From positions 1,116,001 to 1,180,000 of the forward strand of contig JANHCV010000010.1 in assembly GCA_025594325.1 (NCBI GenBank): 64,000 nt of DNA, given 5' to 3'. The stretch comes from Blastocladiella emersonii ATCC 22665 (taxonomy: Eukaryota > Fungi > Blastocladiomycota). The translations under genes were made by a program, and so were the position numbers. Positions 9,801 to 20,141 of this stretch are shown here, in pieces. Within the stretch, counting starts at the first letter, position 1; each line of letters starts with the position of its first letter. The notes below the pieces were generated by a model. It was not told where the DNA came from. It searched no databases and saw only the letters and a program-made list of their open reading frames with translations.

Positions 9801-11662
9801 TCAGTCGCTCTCGCCGCCGCCGTCGTTCTTGCGCGACTTCTTGCGGGCGGGCCCAGCCTTGTCGCCGCCAGGCGCGGCGCGCTTGGGTGGTGCGGACTTG
9901 GACGACTTGGTGACGATGCCCTCGCCGTCGTCGGCGTCGCTGCCGCCGTCGCTGGCGTAGTCCGAGTCAAACTCCTCCTCGGGGTCGGACTCGGACTCGC
10001 CAACAAAGTCCTCGTCGGGGGACTCCTCGTCCTCGTCGTCCTGGTCGTCGACCATGGTGCCCGCGGCGCCGCGGCCGCGGGCGGCGCGGCGGCGGGACGA
10101 GGTGCCGGCGTCGGCGGCGACCTCGTCGTCCTCGTCCTCGTCGTCGTCGAGGTACGGGAGGCGGGCCGCGTCCTCGACGAGCTCGTTCTTGACCTTGATG
10201 CCGCGGGCGCGGAGGTGCTCGCCGAGCAGCGTGTACTCCTCGCGCGGGATGTTGCTGAGGGGCACGTCCGTGTTGCCGCGCAGGGTGAAGACCACGTCGA
10301 TGGTGCGCGACGACCCGCCCGAGACTCGCGAGAAGGTGACGTGGGCAATGTCCGAGTAGGCCATGTAGGTGGCGGGCTTGGGGATGAACAGGAGCGACTT
10401 CTCAAGCGGGTACAGGTACCCCTCGTTGGCCTTGAGCGAGCACTTGATGCCGTACGCGCCCGACGACGACCGGAACTGGCCGGGGATCGTCACCTTGCGG
10501 CCCGTGAGCCCGCGGAAGATGGCCGACACCACCTCGTACGTCGGCGCGTCGTAGTGCTTCTGCAGCACGTCCGGGTACTCGCGCTGCAGCGTCTGCTCGT
10601 CCATGTTGACCTCGGTGACGAGCTCGTCGTCGCGGACAAACTGCAGGACCAGGAACGGGTACCGGGTCTGGCCCTGACGTAGCGGCGGGTCGAGGCCGAT
10701 GACGAACACGACGTGCATGTCGTCGGGCTTGGGCAGCATGAACAGCTTGGTGATGGACGTGTACTTGATCTTGTAGTCGTACGACTTGCCGCGCAGGCGC
10801 AAAAAGTCCTTGAACATCTCGACGTCATAGCGGCCGCGGGGCGTGAGGAAGGGCAGCTCCTTGAACGAGACGATCGTGTCCGACTTTTCGACACCGAGGT
10901 CGGCCTTGGACTTGATCACGTCGCACAGGTAGTCGGCGGCGGTCTGGTTGTTGGCGCCGTCGGCCGACTCGTCGCCCTCGACGTCGACGCCGTCGTCGTT
11001 CTCGGACGGTGCGAGGCCGGGGACGTGCATGCGGCACTCGACGAGCTGGTCGACCTGGGCGTTGCGCGGGAGGTCGCCGGCGGCAAACTCGATGGCGACC
11101 TCGTTCTTGCTCGAGTTGACGTTGGCGATCTCGGAGAAGGGCAGCTCGAACAGCATGCGGCCCGTGGACCGAAACACGAGCTGGTGCGGCTCGACCTCGG
11201 CCGTGCCCCAGTTCCACCCGCGCACGCTGGTCTCGAGCGCGTCGAGCGACATGGAGTAGGTGATGCGCACCGCGTCGCGCACGCGCTCGTGCAGGTCGCG
11301 GTCAAAGTTGTCGAACTTGAGCGTGGTGCCGTCCTTGAGCACGACGCGCAGCTGGTAGTGCCGCGCCGACCGCAGCCAGTAGAAGCGCTTCAGGTCGTCG
11401 GCCTTGGCCGTCACGAGGTTTCCGTTGCTCGACTTCCACCCGAGACCCTGCTGCGCGAACCGCAGGCGGCCCTCGGTCTACACGTGTGGTCCGGTGATGC
11501 GACGGCGCGGCGGTGGCGATCGGACGGAGCGGCGGTGGCGATCGGGCCGTCAGTATATGCACTCGCGCGCTCCCGACGGGGGTGCGCCTGGGCGGCCGTG
11601 CATACCGGGGCGACGCCGGGATCGGCCGTGTAGAAGATCTTGTCGAATTCCTGCACGCTCAT
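9801..11662 (-). CDS. POB3: FACT complex subunit SSRP1/Pob3; exons 11662-11606 and 11477-9801
   Basis: RGWNWG, LTPRGRYDV, LRLRGKSYDYKI, LDPPLRQGQTRYPFLV and KANEGYLYPLEK motifs plus acidic tail. The GTATGC..TAG intron joins MSVQEFDKIFYTADPGVAP to TEGRLRF in frame. Confidence 0.96.
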
Positions 11663-11911
11663 GGTGCACGGTGCGTTGCGTGATTCGTTGCAGAGAGTGG
11701 TAATACACGGCTGATGATGCCGGCACGATGGGGAGAGCGGGGATGGAGCGCGGGCTCCGCGGCAGCGATATGGCCCGAGCGACGTGCGAACGCTCAGCTG
11801 CGCGAGGGCCGATAGGAGTGACAGGTCCCCTTGGCTCACTCGCGAATGACTCTTTCGCTACCCCGATGTACCGCTAATTATTATTCAAGTGTGGACGCGT
11901 AAAATAAGTTA

Positions 11912-11954
11912 GAATAACCTCGAGATTAATTATTATAAGCCTCGAGTGTTATTC
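11912..11954. repeat. AT-rich imperfect inverted repeat
   Basis: GAATAACCTCGAG (11912-11924) and CTCGAGTGTTATTC (11941-11954) flank the spacer ATTAATTATTATAAGC. Confidence 0.7.
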
Positions 11955-12299
11955 CTTCGTGCGTGCAGCAAATGGGTACGCTTCGCGACGCGACGCGACG
12001 CTGGGCGACTGCCGCTTCAGCGTGTTCTCGGGCAGCCCTCGAGACCAATTCGAGAACGATCAATGTGCCCAGCGTAGTTGGCTTGGAGGCCAGCGACGAG
12101 CGCGTCGGGGCCGTGAGTCATGAGGTTGGCGGCCCACGTCGCGGGCACGACTTTGTGCCCGCTGCTCGCCCCCTCCTTCCCGCTCTTCATCCTACCGTCA
12201 TCTCTCCTCCTGTTGCCACGTAACTTGATGCATTTCTGCGCCCACCGCCGTGGGCCCTGACGCCCGGCTGGTCCTGGCCTGCGAGGCCGCCGAGCGACA

Positions 12300-13050
12300 A
12301 TAGCCATCCCACACCTCATTGACAACCGCTACACCTGCGACTGCTGCGCGGCACTTCGCTTGGATCTTTCCGTCGCTCGTCCGTCGTCGCACTGCCTAAC
12401 GTGTCCAACAATCGCTGAGATAAACATCCCTTGCTGACCAAGCGAAACGTGGAAACCGACCCCGCCACTTTGCGAAGAGCGTATTTCGTCGCCACCTTGT
12501 CTTGGTCGAACCCTCGTGAGTGATGAATGTCGCTGTCGATTGGGTACGGTCGCCTTGGTTCTACAATATGATTCTATGCTGGGTCGAGTGTCGACCCGCA
12601 TGCGCGCGCTGGACCGTTGCTGACGTAATGGGTGCCCAGACGCACGCAAATGGACTCGCTCTTGCTGTCGCTAAGGCGCTGGGCAAGGTGAATGAGTTGC
12701 TGACGCTTCCCCGCCCCCTCATCATCGTCATGTATGGTCTCAAAGCGTTGCGTCCGGCTGGTCAAGGATTAAATTCTCGTGCTGCGTGCGTATCTCTCAT
12801 CTCGATGGCACCCCGCTCGCTCACACCGAGTCCGCTGGTGTAGACCTGATCCTTGCGAGAGCTGGACACTCATGCGGGTGCGACGGCTCACCTTCCAGTG
12901 CGCAGCTTCACTCTACCGAGCTCCACCCTTGCAGCCATTGATATCGCCGGCTCTTCGTGTAGAGCATCGTCTTCACTTCGAATTGAAGTCGCTGGTGTCG
13001 CCAAGGCTCATCCGGTCGCCTCGAACCGAATCACCCCTTCACGTCAATGA
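12300..13050 (+). pseudogene. Heavily decayed LRR-family relic
   Basis: Scattered fragments AIPHLIDN (cf. NIPELIER, VPELVDQ), LRLDLSV, LPNVSNN, SLRELDTH and LPSSTLAAIDIAG occur across frames with many stops. Confidence 0.3.
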
Positions 13051-13116
13051 CGAGTATCACCGCGGCCGCGCCGAAACGATGGTCGCCCGCCCCGATCCCG
13101 CTCATTCTCCACAACC

Positions 13117-13221
13117 GCTCGCGTCGCGCGTCGCTGGGCGTCGCCTGCGCGGGCGCCGTGAAAAGACCGCGCCGCTCGCGCGGGCAACGCCCTTCGGACA
13201 ACTCGACCGCGCGCGGCGGGA
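13117..13221. repeat. Structured dispersed repeat, copy 2
   Basis: Inner arms 13136-13155 and 13173-13192 enclose the same 17-nt loop as copy 1. Outer arms are TCGCGTCGCGCG and CGCGCGGCGGGA. Confidence 0.7.
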
Positions 13222-13601
13222 CGTGTTTGCGGGCCAGGAGCGGCGCTGGTCAGGCGCAGGGTTGTGGGTGCTGAGCTGTGTAATAGACTCGCGTGTTTGC
13301 TTCAACCGATCATAGTCCCAGGGCAGGACCCCGTCCACGCTTCAGCGCTCGCGACTCGGGACCCCTAGGCGCGCTCGCCCTCGTCCTGCACCGCTTGCCA
13401 AGAGCACATCATGCCGAATGCATCCAGTCTAATCCAAGTTCCATAGTCCGTAGTCCAGCATCGTTTCGTCCGGGGGAGGGGAAGAGCGACGAGTGGCGCC
13501 AGCAACCGCGCCTCTTCCTCGCGTCGGCATTCTTCGCCGCGACGCCCGCTCTCGGCTTCCGCTCCCCAACCCCCATGTAACTCGGCCTGCATACTGCAAC
13601 C

Positions 13602-14135
13602 ATGTCAGCGACGATTCCTGCCGAGATCAACGACCTGCTGAAGAAGTTCCGCCTGCGCCGGTCCAAGACCATGGCGGCGCTCGTCCGTACGGCGCGCCGT
13701 CCTTGCTCCCGCCCAGCCCCCGCCTGACTTTGCGTTCGTACAGTCAAGATCGACATGCAGTCGCTTCTGGTCGAGCACGACACGACGCTTGAGGACCTGG
13801 CGTCGCTCGAGGACCTGGCCGACGCGCTGCCCGAAACGGCGCCGCGCTACGTGATGCTGTCGTACGTGGTAGCGCACAAGGACGGCCGCGTGTCGTACCC
13901 GCTCGTCGTGATCCAGTACACGCCCGGAAAGTACGTTGGCGGACAGCGCTTGCTCGGGCCGTGCGAGACTAACCTGCCGCGGTGTAGCGCGCGACCCGAC
14001 CAGAAGATGCTGTACGCGGGGACGCGCAACGACGTGGCGCGCGCCATCGGGTCCATGGGCAAGGTGCTCGAGCTGTTCGACGCCGAGGACCTTACGGACG
14101 CGTGGGTGCAGGCCGAGCTCGGTGTCCAGGTGTGA
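13602..14135 (+). CDS. AIM7: Glia maturation factor-like ADF-H protein (Aim7/GMF); exons 13602-13686, 13744-13930, 13988-14135
   Basis: LKKFRL, LADALPETAPRYVMLSY, DGRVSYPLV and QKMLYAG are GMF-type motifs. Two canonical GTACG..AG introns restore the frame. Confidence 0.88.
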
Positions 14136-14251
14136 GTGCGGGCTCGCGTGTGGAAGTGGCAATGTATCGCGCATATTGAGAGAGACGGAGGGAGCGGGCG
14201 AGAACGGGTATTGGACGAAGGCGACGAGCGAGGCGACGGCGACGGGGGCGG

Positions 14252-15079
14252 CTAGTCCGTCGTTGGAGACAGCGTGAAGATCTCCTGCATCTCGTGGTCG
14301 TCGACCACGTCGATGGGTCTCAGGTTCTTGCTGTTCTTGATGGTCCTGTTGAGCGGGTCGAGGGCGTGAGCGGGCGAGCGCAGGCGGGTGACGAGCGGTT
14401 CGCGCGTACCGGTCGGCGCCGCGCTGGAGCAGCACCTTGACGAGATCCCGCGCGCCGAGGAACGCAGCGAGGTGGAGCGCTACACGGCACTCGCGTCAGT
14501 TCGCGCCCGCACACTCTCAGTGAGCGGCGACGAGAGGTACCCGTGTTGTTTCCCTACATCCCGCCGACGCGTCGTCAGTCACGAAGCGCGAGCGACCGAA
14601 GCGAGCGCACGTACGCCAAACTTCTCGTCGAGGTCCTCCTGGAACGAGGAGTCGATGATATCGCGTGCCACAGCGTCGAGCCCCAGGAGGATCGCGAGGT
14701 GCAGCCCGGTCATCGACCCTACACTCACCACCTCGTCAGCAATTCGCGCGGGACCGAACGCTCGCCGGGCACCCATACCAATGTACCCGCCGAGGAACTT
14801 GAGGGCCTCGAGCTCCATGTCCTTGGGGTACTTGTAGTCGCCGCGCTGCTTGGCCTTGGCGAGCTCGCGGTTGTGCGCCAGCAGCTCGCGCACCAGCGCC
14901 GTGTCGCCCTTGGCCACGGCCGCAAAGTACTACGGGTACGCGCGCGCGGGTCAGCGTCTCATCCCCTGCTTCGTTCATCAGAGTCCATGGCCATGACATG
15001 CATTCTCGGGCGTGGCCGCGACCTTGAGGGTCGGCGACGCAGCGGTGGCGGTCGGCGCGGGTTCCGTTGCAGTGGGCAT
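14252..15079 (-). CDS. Small (~169 aa) ankyrin-repeat protein; exons 15079-15002, 14929-14779, 14718-14615, 14553-14541, 14479-14410, 14345-14252
   Basis: Spliced product contains YFAAVAKGDTALVRELL, MTGLHLAILLG and GGNNTALHLAAFLGARDLVKVLLQRGADRTIKN. Introns carry CTGAC branch points. Confidence 0.82.
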
Positions 15080-15403
15080 GGTGGTGGGGTCAGGGTCTCG
15101 CAGGGTCCTCTCCTCGCTGCTGGTGGAGCTCTGCGATGCCTAACCCGCCGCTCAGGAGGCAGGCCGGGCGGCCGAAGGCGGGCGGAACGCGTCGCGACGC
15201 GTCGGCGCGGAAGCATCACGTGCGGCGGGAGACACGCAGCCCGACCTAGCGACGGGTCACGCCGCATCAGCTGACTCAAATCCACTGCTTTCCCTTCCCC
15301 TCGCGATCCCGGCACCCCGCGCAGCCGCGACGCCACGAGCGGCCTGCTGCCATCACCAACAACGCAGACGTAAACGGATCACCCGTCACGCCACCACCAC
15401 ACC

Positions 15404-17905
15404 ATGCCAAAGCTCGGAAAGCGCCGCCAGCGCGACGACGACGCGGTCACCGCCGCTCCCGCTGCTGCCGCTGCCGCCCCTGCGCCCTCGCGGCGCGGCA
15501 CCGCCGCCGGCAAGCCCGCGGCCGCGGCCGCCGCCAAGGGCACCATCGTCGATGCCGATCTGAGCGACGACGACGGCAGCGACGACGAGTTCCTGGACGC
15601 CGAGATCAACGCCGAGAGCGACTCGGACGGTGACTACGAGGACAACGACGACGGCGCCGAGGATGACGAGGACGACGTGGTGCTCGGCGACGACGACCGC
15701 GAGGTCTCGGCCGAGATGCTCGGCCGCCTCGCCGCGCACCGCCAGGCGCTCATCGACGAGGTCAAGGCCAGCAACGCCGCGGCCGGCGTGTCGGACGAGG
15801 AGGAGGACGACGCCGAGATGTCGGACGACAACGGGATCCCATGGGGCGGCTCGCTCTCGGACGATGAGGACGCGGCGCCCAAGCGGCTGATGCGCCCCGA
15901 GATTGTGCCCGAGACGGACAGCGACGACTCGGATGCCGAGGTACGCTGCACCGCGCTTGCTCGCGCCGTCACCGACACACCGGCATTCGCAGAATACTAA
16001 CCCGTTCGACCCCATGAATAGGACCACGAGAACACGGTCGGCAACGTGCCCATGGAGTGGTACAACGACTACCCGCACATCGGTTACGACCTCGAGGGCA
16101 AGAAGATCCTCAAGCCGGCGACGAGCGACGAGCTCGACAAGTTCCTGAGCAAGATGGACGACCCGACGTTCTGGACGTCGATCCACGACAGGGTGGACCA
16201 AAAGGACGTGGAGCTGACCGAGGAGGAGCTGCAGATCATCCACAAGCTGCAGTCGGCCGACTACGCGGCCGAGGGCTTCAACCCGTACCAGGACACGGTC
16301 GAGTGGTTCACGTCGCAGACCATGGTCACGCCGCTGTCGGGTGCGCCTGAGCCCAAGCGCCGCTTCGTTCCCTCCAAGTGGGAGCACAAGAAGGTGATGA
16401 AGATTGTGCGCGCGATCCGCAACGGGTGGATCGTGCCGCGCAAGCCGCAGTCCGAGGCGCCCAAGTTCTTTGACGTGTGGGGCGCCGACGACGCGCTGCC
16501 CAACACGCACCCGATGCACCTGCCCGCGCCCAAGGCCAAGCTCCCCGGCAACGTCGAGTCGTACAACCCGCCCGCCGAGTACCTGTTCACCGAGGAGGAG
16601 AAGAAGGAGTGGCTCGAGGCCGACCCCGAGGACCGCAAGCTCGACTTCATCCCGCAGAAGTTCGACTCGCTGCGCAAGGTGCCCGCCTACACCCGGTTCA
16701 TCCACGACCGGTTCGAGCGGTGCCTCGACCTGTACCTGTGCCCGCGTGTGCGCAAGACCCGCGTCGACGTGGACCCGGAGTCGCTCATCCCGAAGCTGCC
16801 CGACCCCAAGGACCTCGAGCCGTTCCCGACCTCGCTCTCGCTCGTGTTCCGCGGCCACGAGTCGCGCGTCCGGTCCTTCTCGCTGTCGCCCTCGGGCCAG
16901 TTCCTCCTGTCCGGGTCCGACGACGGCTCCCTGCGTCTGTGGGAGGTGGCCACCACGCGGTGCCTGTACAAGTGGAAGTTTGCCGACGGCATCACCACCG
17001 TGGCGTGGAACCCGAGCAAGGGGCTCAGCGTCGCCGCCGTCGCGACCGGGTCCGACGTGGTCCTGCTCAACCTCGCGCTGGTCGCCGAGAGCATCACGGC
17101 CGACAAGAAGGTGGCGCAGCAGACGCTCACGCTGCTGCAGGGCGAGGCGGCGCCCGTCGCCGCCAAGAACACGGCCGACGGGATCCCCATGGCGCCCAAG
17201 TGCGAGTGGCAGAAGCCGCCCAAGAAGCTCGCCGCGCACGGCGCCATGTGGGTCGTGCACCACCAGCGCGACGTGGTGTCGGTGACGTGGCACCGCAAGG
17301 GCGACTATTTCGCGTCGGTGGCCCACAACGCGGGCGCCGGGGCGGTGCAGATCCACCAGCTGTCGCGCAAGCAGACGCAGCAGCCGTTCAAGAAGAACAA
17401 GGGTCTGGTGATCACGGCGCAGTTCCACCCGACGCGGCCGCACCTGTTCATTGCGACGCAGCGGTACGTGCGCGTGTACGACCTGCAGCAGCAGACGCTG
17501 CTCAAGAAGCTCATGTCGGGCGCCAAGTGGATCTCGTCCATGGACATCCACCCGGCGGGCGAGAACGTGATCATCGGGTCGTACGACCGCCGGCTGTGCT
17601 GGTGGGACCTCGAGCTCGGCACCATGCCGTACAAGACGCTGCGGTACCACAAGCAGGCGCTCCGGTCGGTCGTGTTCCACCCAAAGTTCCCGCTCTTCGC
17701 GTCCGCGTCCGACGACGGCACCATCCAGGTCTTCCACGGCATGGTCTACGCCGACCTGCTCACCAACCCGCTCATCGTCCCCGTCAAGATCCTGCGCGCG
17801 CACCAGCCCGTCGACGCCCTCGGCGCACTCAACCTCCAGTGGCACCCAACACAGCCGTGGATCATCTCGTCGGGCGCCGACGGGAGTATCAAGCTGTGGA
17901 CCTAG
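15404..17905 (+). CDS. ERB1: Ribosome biogenesis protein Erb1/BOP1; exons 15404-15940 and 16022-17905
   Basis: NTVGNVPMEWYNDYPHIGYDLEGKKI, PEPKRRFVPSKWE, LPGNVESYNPPAEYL, RFERCLDLYLCPR and C-terminal WD40 repeats. Confidence 0.97.
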
Positions 17906-17969
17906 ATGTTTGCTTCCTGTTTTCGTCAATTACTATAGCTCCATTTTGTTACACACTTTTGGGGGATCA

Positions 17970-19746
17970 CTACGGCTCGAGCGGGTGCACGGCCTTGGAG
18001 ATGTTGGGCAGCGTGATCCCCAGGACCAGCCCGACCACGGCGAGGACCAGGACGAGGCCGAGGCACAAGAGGATCCACTTCTTCTACTCGTCGGAACATC
18101 GCGTCAGCATCTCGCTTCATCGCGGCAACGACAAGAAAACGCGTACCCGTCGCGCCTTGCGCGCAGAATCCACCGCGTAATCCACGTCGCGCGCGCCCGC
18201 CTCGATCCCCGCGGCCGTCTCCTCGGCAAACTGCGCAATGGTCATGATCTGCTCGTCCTGCGCGGCGACAAAGTGGGCGAGGTCGTTGGCCATGACGGTC
18301 AGGTCCTACGACGGGAGTGAAGGGGAGGGGTCAGCGTGGCCATCGCGGTGGCCGTGGTGAGGGAAAGGAAGCGCGGTGGTGCGTACGTGAATCGACTTGT
18401 CGAGGTGCAGCAGCTCGCGGTGGCGGTTGCGGATCGTGTTGCGGCGCTCGCGCTAGGGAAGCGGTGTGAGTGAGGGTCGAGAGGGGGAGTGGGGAGTGGG
18501 GAGTGTGTAGTACCTCGCTGACGATGGTCTCGGAGAAGATGGTCGGCGCGGCGCCCGAGGACATGGCCCACTCGACCTCCTCGGCGGACGCGTCGGGTTT
18601 CGCTACACACGTACAATTCAGCGACGCAACGATCGAACCACACAAACGAGCGTACCGATGCGCAGCTGCCGCTGAAAAAAGTCCCGCGTCCGATCCGCGT
18701 GGGCGTTCTGGAGGTTGCGGAACTGGTTGGTGGCGTCGAGCAGGGACCCGAGCAGCATCTTCTCCTGCTGGGTCGCGGCGCGGTGGTCGGACGGCGTGAA
18801 GTTGGTCTTGAGCAGGTCGAGCTCCGAGATCTTGGACCGCAGCACCGCAATGCGCGACTGCAGCGCGTCGGCGAGCGACTGCGCGCGCACCCACGGCTCG
18901 CCGTGCGCGAGTGTCAGGCACGACCGCTGCACCGCGTCGAGCTCGAGCAGGTCCCGGTGCAGCAGGCGGACTTGGACTTGGAGGCGGGCGACGTCGCGCT
19001 GAGAAGAGGAGCGGGTCAGTACACGGCGTGGCGAGAGTCGAGTGGGCAGGAGCGCGTACGAGCCAGGCATCCAGCGACCCGACCGCGAGCGTGACATAGT
19101 TATCGTTATCGTACGTTGGCGGCTCGATGATGGACGCGGGCCGGACCACGGGCGCGCCGGGCGGCGCCCGCACGCTCGACGCAGCGCGGCCCGCGGGCGG
19201 CGACTCGATCACCGTGATGGGTTCCGGGATCACCACGTCCTCGTCCTCGCCCTCGCCCTCGCCGTAGTCGCCGCCGCCGTGGTCGGCCGTCGACGGGATG
19301 CTCGGCAGCGGGCGGTACGCCGTGTGCGCGAGCCGCGACGGACCCGGCCCGCTGGTGCTCGCCATGGCGGGCGACCCGCGGCCGCTCGCGTCGCTCCCCG
19401 CGCGCGGGCGCGATGAGGACGGCCACTCTCCGCGGCGCAGGGCAGCGACGGCGGATCCCGGCGGACGCGAAGATGATGACGAAGGCGGCGCGTCCATGGT
19501 CAGCGTGTGCACGCTCGGCATGGCGGGGCTGCTGTCGGGCTCGCTCGCGAGGGCGGTGAACGACGCGCCGCGGTGGCGGCTCACTGGCGAGTGCCCGCTG
19601 CCGCTGCCGCCGTCGCCGGCCGCCGCGGGCGCGAGGTCGCCGTTCGGCACGAGCAGGAGGGGCACCTCGGCCGCGTCAGGCTGCGGTGGTGCGTGGAGCG
19701 ACGGGTCGCGCAGCACGGCGAGCTCGTGGGTGCGGTCGCGCGACAT
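17970..19746 (-). CDS. Qa-SNARE syntaxin (Sso/syntaxin-1-4 class), multi-exon
   Basis: N-peptide MSRDRTHEL, Habc helices, RQLRI..KPDAS.EEVE, SNARE helix RNRHRELLHLDKSI, and C-terminal TM KKWILLCLGLVLVLAVVGLVLGI. Confidence 0.85.
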
Positions 19747-20141
19747 GGTTGGTGGGGGCTGCTTAGCGGGGAAGGCGGGTGCAGCAGTGTTCCATGGGTT
19801 GTGATCGGCGCGGTGATGAGGGCGGTTTGGGGAGGGGGAGAGAGGGGGGAAGGCGGGCGGGCCGAGGAGCGCGGCCGTGCGATGTGAGAGATGGCAACGA
19901 GACGGCGACGTGCGCAGCAGCAGCAGCCGTGGACCCGGCGGTCGCGGCCCTCTCCACGCACGCGGGTCGTGAAAGCGCGGGGGAGCGCGACGCGACGCGA
20001 TCGGCCGTGGCTGAAGTGGGCCACGTGCGCCGGTTCAGGGGGCTGCTCTGGGGCTGCTCCCCTCCTCCTTCCTCGCTCATCGGCCGCCGACCACCCCTTC
20101 GTCTCCGCCAAAGACCACGAAACCAACGCAACGTAAAGCTC

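Noticed and set aside
13040-13090. Hammerhead ribozyme-like words (TGACGAG...CGAAAC...GTC)
   Set aside because: The core reads AATGACGAG rather than CUGANGA, and I could not build stems I-III.
2700-13300. Autonomous transposon or endogenous virus explaining the accessory blocks
   Set aside because: No transposase, RT, integrase, Rep/helicase or capsid motifs, LTRs or clear target-site duplications were seen.
15386-17929. Long antisense or alternative-frame ORFs overlapping real genes (also 55014-57554, 27794-29350, 16477-18180, 41838-43337)
   Set aside because: These are shadow ORFs from high GC3 codon bias, with Arg/Gly/Ala-rich translations and no motifs, while the opposite frame holds a clear conserved protein.
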